Shown one piece after another: positions 58,574 to 64,000 of a stretch of 64,000 nt of DNA. The notes below the pieces were generated by a model. It had not been told where the DNA came from, did not search any database, and saw only the letters and a list, made by a program, of their open reading frames with translations. Source of the stretch: Firmicutes bacterium UBA4882 (lineage in GTDB: Bacteria > Bacillota > UBA4882); the NCBI GenBank assembly GCA_002399265.1, contig DHDG01000039.1:33847-97846 (forward strand), given 5' to 3'. A program made the translations under genes and the position numbers. The stretch's first letter is position 1. Every line of letters begins with the position of its first letter.

Positions 58574-58834
58574 TTAGTTCTGCACCTCCGTCAGAGTACA
58601 GCTGAAAGTCTCAATAACCGGGTTAGACAACACCCGCCGTGCAATTTCTTCTAATGTCTTTTGGGCCTCTTGTTGGGTTTTGGCATTGATGCTTAGCTCA
58701 AAATACCTTCCCGAACGAACATTAGCAGCACAATCGTAGCCCAGTTTGGCTAATGCACCTTCCACTGCCTTCCCCTGCGGATCAAGAATGCCTTCCTTCG
58801 GCAAAACCCGCACTACTCCCTTAAACATCGTCAA
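58574..58834 (-). CDS. purS: FGAM synthase PurS subunit
   Basis: An 86-aa PurS fold sequence ([19 protein letters not shown]). The gene ends 1 nt before the purQL start. Confidence 0.85.
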   Translation of the reverse strand: MTMFKGVVRVLPKEGILDPQGKAVEGALAKLGYDCAANVRSGRYFELSINAKTQQEAQKTLEEIARRVLSNPVIETFSCTLTEVQN

Positions 58835-58863
58835 TCATCCTTTCAGCTGCAATTTTAATTATC

Positions 58864-60261
58864 CTAATTCCGATGATAGAGTTGTTCTTCCCAACAAGCG
58901 CAGACTGTTTCAGTCTTTTGAGACGCAATCCCAAGATAATCAAGCGGATTTTCCAGAGCATCACTGCCTCGTTTGCTGATGGTGCCCAGATACTTTGTCA
59001 AAGTCGGCTCCTGTTGGACGATCTCTTTTAGGGATTGGCCTTTTTGATCAGCTTCCAGTGTCATTTTTCGGACGGCTTCATGGGCATTGGGATGACCGGC
59101 GGCCGCCAAGCAAATATAGAGCGGTTCTGCGACAAAGCGTTCGGAAGATTGCTGCGCATTGGCGCGCATCTGGTCAGAATCGACCGTCATTTTCCGGAGC
59201 ACCCGCGTGGTGCGGTCCAGTGCCAAAATGAATCCAGTGACCAGCTCAGGCGCAAACCGGCCGGAAGCCGAATTGGTTAGATCACGCTGATGTTCCGAAA
59301 TTTGATCCATGTAAGCCGTCATGATGCGTGGGGCAAAGCTTTTCCAGAGACTTTTGATATGTTCGAAATTCCAGGGATTTCTCTTATGGGGCATGGTCGA
59401 AGATCCAACTTGCGTAGCAGAAAAGGCCTCGCTGATCTCAGCAATTTCGCTGCGCTGCAGATTACGGAAATCATCCGCTAAATTGGCCAGCACGCCAAAA
59501 GCAGAGACAATGCCATGCAGGTAGTCGAGCAAAAACTCGGGCGCCACAATTTGCGTACTATGCGTGGCTGGCTGCAGGCCAAGTTTTGCCAGGACATTCT
59601 TTTCGAATGCCTCAGGATTATCAATAATGAGCGCGGAAGCGTTATAAGCGCCTACCGCTCCGGCCATTTTTCCTTTCAGCTGTGCAACACCATGATCCAA
59701 ATAAGTAATGCGTTCGCCGAGCCTGGCAACGTATTCCGCAACAGCAAAGCCAAACGTGATGGGTACAGCGTGTTGTCCATGGGTTCTTCCAATTTGAACT
59801 GTGTCTTTTTCGCGTCTGGCCAAGTCGATGAGCTCTTGCTCCAATGCCAGCAACATAGGCCGCAGCAGCTCATGGTAAGCGTCGCGGAACCGCAGTGCAT
59901 TCGCCGTATCCAGAATGTCGACAGAAGTGGCTGTTAAGTGAATATATGGTCGGACGGACTCACTGACCCGCTGGGCAATACAATTCGTCAGAGCCCTGAT
60001 ATTATGATGCGTTCTTTCTTCTTCCTGGTAGACAGCGTCGGGATTAATCGCTGCACAAGCCTTCTCGATTTCGGCAGCAGTTCCGATTGGACAAATACCT
60101 GCTTCTTCTAACCCCTGCGCCAAGGCTGTTTCCACCCGGAGCTGGTAGTGGACGGCTGCATTTTCACTGAAGTAGCTGGACACCTTGTCCATTAACTCTT
60201 GGTTGGATTTATAGTAGCGGTGATCTAGAGGACTGATCTGATCAAATATGTCTCGTTTCAT
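58864..60261 (-). CDS. purB: Adenylosuccinate lyase
   Basis: The fumarate-lyase signature GSSTMPHKRNP is present, with full-length similarity. RBS GGGGAGG lies 7 nt upstream. Confidence 0.9.
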   Translation of the reverse strand: MKRDIFDQISPLDHRYYKSNQELMDKVSSYFSENAAVHYQLRVETALAQGLEEAGICPIGTAAEIEKACAAINPDAVYQEEERTHHNIRALTNCIAQRVSESVRPYIHLTATSVDILDTANALRFRDAYHELLRPMLLALEQELIDLARREKDTVQIGRTHGQHAVPITFGFAVAEYVARLGERITYLDHGVAQLKGKMAGAVGAYNASALIIDNPEAFEKNVLAKLGLQPATHSTQIVAPEFLLDYLHGIVSAFGVLANLADDFRNLQRSEIAEISEAFSATQVGSSTMPHKRNPWNFEHIKSLWKSFAPRIMTAYMDQISEHQRDLTNSASGRFAPELVTGFILALDRTTRVLRKMTVDSDQMRANAQQSSERFVAEPLYICLAAAGHPNAHEAVRKMTLEADQKGQSLKEIVQQEPTLTKYLGTISKRGSDALENPLDYLGIASQKTETVCACWEEQLYHRN

Positions 60262-60330
60262 TTGCGAACCTCCCCGCCTATTTTCCTATTCTCAATATGC
60301 TCCAAAAATCGGTGATTCAGCAAACGCTTT

Positions 60331-60369
60331 CAAAAAAATAAGCAGACAGAACCGGATAATTCTGTCCGC
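60331..60369 (-). terminator. Intrinsic terminator-like hairpin in the purB 5' leader (between promoter and RBS): candidate attenuator
   Basis: On the minus strand, a 10-bp stem gcggacagaa/uucugucugc with an 8-nt loop is followed by UUAUUUUUUUG. It lies ~40 nt downstream of the predicted +1. Confidence 0.5.
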
Positions 60370-60413
60370 CGGAGTCTATCACTTCGTGGCGTAGCGCGTG
60401 GCGTGACACCTAA

Positions 60414-60442
60414 ATTGTACAAGTACTGTTGTCGGTTGTCAA
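60414..60442 (-). promoter_or_regulatory. Sigma-A promoter upstream of purB (TTGACA-17-TACAAT)
   Basis: A perfect -35 and a near-perfect -10 with a 17-nt spacer on the minus strand. Confidence 0.6.
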
Positions 60443-60510
60443 TACAAGTTGTGTGACTTTTTTGTTAGGCGGGCAAAAATAGGATTTGGCGTCACAATAT
60501 TCTGACATTT

Positions 60511-60535
60511 GACACAGGGGGACGGTTCTCCTGTG
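60511..60535. repeat. 25-nt repeat copy 1 (GACACAGGGGGACGGTTCTCCTGTG) forming an 8-bp-stem hairpin, immediately after the purE stop
   Basis: The perfect inverted arms GACACAGG/CCTGTGTC (60511-18 / 60530-37) flank an 11-nt loop. It is 24/25 identical to 55642..55666. Confidence 0.7.
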
Positions 60536-60538
60536 TCC

Positions 60539-61039
60539 CTAATAATTGCGCCAGCCATTTTGCTGGAGGCGGTTGTCTTTATCTAAAACCTGTTGTACCA
60601 TGCGTGCTTTGTATGCTTTCATTTTTTCGCGCAATGCTGCGTCGGACAGGCTTAGTATTTGCACGGCCAGAATCCCGGCGTTACGGGCAGCCCCCACTCC
60701 TACGCAGGCAACCGGTATTCCTGATGGCATCTGCACCATGGAAAGCAATGAATCAAGTCCACTAAGGCTCGCACCCAGAATCGGTACCGCAATGACCGGC
60801 AACGTTGTTTCGGAGGCAATTACGCCCGCCAAATGGGCTGCACCGCCAGCTCCAGCGATAATTGCACCGAAACCCTCTGCAGCGGCGGCTTTGGCAAATG
60901 CAGTTGTCTGATCCGGAGTCCGATGCGCCGATAAAATGCGCATACAATATTCGACCCCAAACTCCTCCAGCACCTCGCCGGCCGCTTTCATGATCCCTAA
61001 ATCGGAGTCGCTGCCCATCATGATGGCAACTTTCTGCAT
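60539..61039 (-). CDS. purE: N5-carboxyaminoimidazole ribonucleotide mutase PurE
   Basis: The N-terminus MQKVAIMMGSDSDL and the PurE fold are present. RBS GAGGAGG lies 8 nt upstream. Confidence 0.9.
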   Translation of the reverse strand: MQKVAIMMGSDSDLGIMKAAGEVLEEFGVEYCMRILSAHRTPDQTTAFAKAAAAEGFGAIIAGAGGAAHLAGVIASETTLPVIAVPILGASLSGLDSLLSMVQMPSGIPVACVGVGAARNAGILAVQILSLSDAALREKMKAYKARMVQQVLDKDNRLQQNGWRNY

Positions 61040-61217
61040 TTTGCCAGCCTCCTCGCATCTAGATTTTTATTAAGTCGTATATCTTAATTTTAGCGTTTTA
61101 AAGCATAGTAACTAGACGCATGGGACACAACCTGCTGCCCACTGCTCAGCCCAGCACTTGCACAATAATAGGAGCAACCACTTTTTGTCGCGGCCGCTCC
61201 ATCCGAATGAAAAGTAA

Positions 61218-62510
61218 TCAGGCTTCTGCCTGCTTCTGCACGTGTTCTTTTTCTTTGTTCTTGCCAGTCAGCTGGAAGAGCAGGTTCAGGATCACCCCAG
61301 CCAATGTGGCGAACGCCATGGAACTAACCTGAATAACGTTGCCGAAGGCGTGCGCATTCAGTTTGGCACCGCCAATACCAAGAGTCAGTACTACAGACGA
61401 CAAGAGCAGGTTATGCTTGTCCGTATAATCGACGCCGGAAGAAACCAGCATTCTGAGCCCGGAAGCAGCAATAATACCGAACAACGCCATGCAGATCCCG
61501 CCCATAACAGGTTGCGGAATAGAGGAAATAAAGGCTTCAAATTTCCCGAAAACCGAAAGCAGAATGGCCAATACCGCTGCTCCGCCAGTCACCCAGACGC
61601 TGTATACTTTGGTGATTGCCATTACGCCGATGTTTTCGCCGTAAGTAGTATTAGGTGGTCCGCCAACAAGTCCCGCAAAAGAGGTGGCCAATCCGTCGCC
61701 AAGCAGCGTACGGTGCAGCCCTGGATTGGCTGTGAAATCTCTTCCGGTAACGCCACTGAGCGTCAGAATATCTCCGATATGCTCTGCCATTGTTACCAGA
61801 GCTACGGGAGCGATTCCAGCAATCGCAGGCAGGCTAAATTCCGGAAGTGTGAACTTCGGCACAGAGAACCAGACTGCTCCTTCTATGATCTTCAAATCAA
61901 CCAGTCCGGTAAGCAATCCCGTAAAATAACCGGCAGCAATTCCAAACAGGATCGGAATAACCCCTAAAAAACCCTTGAAGAAAACCGAGGCAATAATCGT
62001 CACTGCCAGTGTCACCAGCGCGGTAAATACGCCAGGATTTGATAATGCCGCCGTATCACTGTTAAGGACAGCCATTGATATCGCAGTCGGCGCCAGACCC
62101 ATCCCGATGACAATGATTACAGAACCGACTAGCACCGGCGGGAAAAACTTTTTAATCCACCCGGTACCAATTAAAGAGATGATTGCAGAAGCAAGGACAT
62201 AAATCAGTCCGGCAGCGATTGTTCCGCCTAATGCAGCAGGTATGCCGTACTGTTCTTTAGCGGCAATAATCGGACCGATGAAAGCAAATGAAGAGCCAAG
62301 ATAAGCCGGCACTTTTCCTTTCGTGCACACGATAAAAATCAGTGTGCCGAAGCCACTGGTAAACAGTGCGACTGCAGGACTCAGTCCGGTTAAAAAGGGC
62401 ACCAGCACAGTGGCACCAAACATAGCCAAAAGGTGCTGCAGGCTTAAGGCGATCCACTTGTGTGGCGCAGGGCGCTCATGAACCTCAATGGTCTTCTGCG
62501 ATGATTTCAT
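61218..62510 (-). CDS. pyrP: Uracil permease (NCS2 family, UraA/PyrP)
   Basis: The N-terminal motif ERPAPHKWIALSLQHLLAMFGATVLVP matches UraA. The ATG at 62510 is preceded by GGGAGG 7 nt upstream. The gene lies directly downstream of pyrR. Confidence 0.85.
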   Translation of the reverse strand: MKSSQKTIEVHERPAPHKWIALSLQHLLAMFGATVLVPFLTGLSPAVALFTSGFGTLIFIVCTKGKVPAYLGSSFAFIGPIIAAKEQYGIPAALGGTIAAGLIYVLASAIISLIGTGWIKKFFPPVLVGSVIIVIGMGLAPTAISMAVLNSDTAALSNPGVFTALVTLAVTIIASVFFKGFLGVIPILFGIAAGYFTGLLTGLVDLKIIEGAVWFSVPKFTLPEFSLPAIAGIAPVALVTMAEHIGDILTLSGVTGRDFTANPGLHRTLLGDGLATSFAGLVGGPPNTTYGENIGVMAITKVYSVWVTGGAAVLAILLSVFGKFEAFISSIPQPVMGGICMALFGIIAASGLRMLVSSGVDYTDKHNLLLSSVVLTLGIGGAKLNAHAFGNVIQVSSMAFATLAGVILNLLFQLTGKNKEKEHVQKQAEA

Positions 62511-62554
62511 CTTGCTTCCTCCCAGCATTATTATGGTATTGTTAATAAAACCGG

Positions 62555-63127
<573 letters not shown>

Positions 63128-63143
63128 TCAACCGTCACCTCAC

Positions 63144-63230
63144 AAAAAAGCCTTCCCCGGCTGCCGCCGCAAGAAGGTTTAACTCAAACACAGAGTTTAC
63201 TCTCCTTGCCGACCTCACGGGATCGTACTT
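63144..63230 (-). promoter_or_regulatory. PyrR-dependent transcription attenuator in the pyrR leader (PyrR-binding loop GAUCCCGUGAGGUC + terminator hairpin)
   Basis: On the minus strand, a motif matching the PyrR binding-loop consensus (UCC-G-GAGG) is followed by the stem ccuuc...gaagg plus CUUUUUUG, directly before the pyrR RBS. Confidence 0.6.
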
Positions 63231-63254
63231 AAAGGATTTGCGCTACACACTCTT

Positions 63255-63283
63255 ATTAAACATTAGGCAGATCATAAAGTCAA
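63255..63283 (-). promoter_or_regulatory. Sigma-A promoter for the pyrR operon (TTGACT-17-TTTAAT)
   Basis: Hexamers with a 17-nt spacer lie upstream of the attenuator. Confidence 0.5.
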
Positions 63284-63330
63284 CATTTTTATGGGCTCTC
63301 CAGGCCTTCCGGGCCCCCCTGATGTTCCTG

Positions 63331-63918
63331 TTACAGGCCTTCGCTATGCTCGCGGCCTTCTTGGCGCGCGGTGACCGGCCCGAATTCAGACAGAGGCCAC
63401 AGACGCCAAACCACCCGGCCCTGCATCTGCACCCGCGGAACAGAACCAATCGCCGGATCCCTGCTGTCCAAACTATGATCACGATTATCGCCCATCAGGA
63501 AATAACGGTCGGTAGGAACCAGCAACGGCTCAAGATTAGTCCAAGGTCCCATTATGCCATTAATATAGCTCTCCTGTTGCACAAGGCCGTTCACAGACAG
63601 CGTGCCACTGACAATCGCGATCTGGTCTCCCGGAAGTGCCACAACCCTTTTGATGAGAATCCCTTCTGCTGCAGCGCAGGTAAATCCGTATATTTCCCCT
63701 GGCTCAGGCTGATGCCAGATTCCGGACAGTTTTTCCGTGACCACAATGTCCCCGTCTGCCAGAGTCGGACGCATGGAATCGCCGGAGATGACAATAATTC
63801 TTCCGATAAAAAGTATGAAAACGCTGGCTACCACGGAGGCCAGCGCCAGCCATTCCAGCCATTCGCGCAAAAATGTTTTTTTCACAGCCAGACCACTCAA
63901 GACTGCCAGCCCCCTCAA
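63331..63918 (-). CDS. lepB: Signal peptidase I
   Basis: The SPase I boxes are present (GDSMRPTL, GDNRDHSLDSR). The start codon is uncertain: the TTG at 63918 and the GTG at 63885 both lack a good SD. Confidence 0.8.
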   Translation of the reverse strand: MRGLAVLSGLAVKKTFLREWLEWLALASVVASVFILFIGRIIVISGDSMRPTLADGDIVVTEKLSGIWHQPEPGEIYGFTCAAAEGILIKRVVALPGDQIAIVSGTLSVNGLVQQESYINGIMGPWTNLEPLLVPTDRYFLMGDNRDHSLDSRDPAIGSVPRVQMQGRVVWRLWPLSEFGPVTARQEGREHSEGL

Positions 63919-63927
63919 ACGAAAAGG

Positions 63928-63948
63928 AGGGCTGATTTAATCAGCCCT
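63928..63948 (-). other. Perfect 9-bp-stem hairpin (agggctgat-tta-atcagccct) overlapping the rplS stop codon, followed by a short U-run: leaky terminator or processing element between rplS and lepB
   Basis: A palindrome was read directly in the sequence. A weak U-tract (ccuuuucguuu) follows on the minus strand. Confidence 0.4.
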
Positions 63949-64000
63949 CTGAAACGTTGATGCCTTTACGGCGCTCAGTAATACGCGCAGCACGGCCGGA
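63941..64000 (-). CDS. rplS: 3' end of the ribosomal protein L19 gene (continues beyond the window)
   Basis: The minus-strand translation ...SGRAARITERRKGINVSEG* resembles the L19 C-terminus (GKAARIKERR). The rplS-lepB arrangement is common. Confidence 0.4.
   Translation of the reverse strand, partial: SGRAARITERRKGINVSEG

Noticed and set aside
61040-61217. Search for a guanine/xpt or ZTP riboswitch upstream of purE
   Set aside because: The conserved cores (UAUA..GGAUAUGG..UUUCUACC..CCGUAAA for the guanine riboswitch; the paired CCGGGC/GCCUGGGCA arms of ZTP) are not present. Only vague CUGGGC fragments occur.

Overview
The window is a gene-dense chromosomal segment of a spore-forming Firmicute. 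It carries two alpha/beta-type SASP genes and lexA/yneA-like, remA, yicC and yugP homologues. It also carries a TonB-ExbB-ExbD system and an SLH-domain protein, so a diderm (Negativicutes-like) lineage is a reasonable inference. Almost everything is housekeeping. In order, the window holds: a surface-polysaccharide cluster (four group-1 glycosyltransferases plus a sugar-phosphate nucleotidyltransferase); a tandem pair of paralogous unknown proteins; an ECF sigma / zinc-binding anti-sigma / HtrA module; the conserved yicC-(mIHF-like)-remA-gmk-priA-def-fmt-yugP-rsmB block; tRNA-Pro and tRNA-Trp with consensus sigma-A promoters; pduL; lexA with a divergent LysM (YneA-like) gene and three Cheo boxes; surE-mgtC; a three-gene operon of unrecognisable proteins; speH; hfq-miaA-mutL-mutS-miaB; trkA; a trxB-like gene; two extended SASPs; an exbB-exbD-tonB operon coupled to a large secreted protein and an SLH protein; deoC; a purine biosynthesis operon (purE | purB-purS-purQL-purF-purM-purN-purH-purD); pyrR-uraA with a PyrR attenuator; lepB; and the 3' end of rplS. 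No CRISPR array, transposase, integrase or rRNA gene was seen. The most unusual items are: (1) the cryptic three-gene operon at 25.6-30.6 kb (a membrane protein with a NERD-like cytoplasmic segment and LysM/SH3b-like outer segments, a Pro/Gln-rich disordered protein, and a 587-aa soluble protein); (2) an in-frame PurQ-PurL fusion and a YczE-like-DeoC read-through; (3) a 25-nt hairpin-forming repeat present twice in the purine region, once inside purL coding sequence; (4) a promoter plus leader-terminator in front of purB; and (5) a TonB operon translationally coupled to a 660-aa secreted protein of unknown function. Most CDS coordinates are taken from the ORF track and include the stop codon. 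Starts were moved to an internal codon with a Shine-Dalgarno match where this is stated. Coordinates of hand-mapped non-coding features may be off by 1-2 nt.
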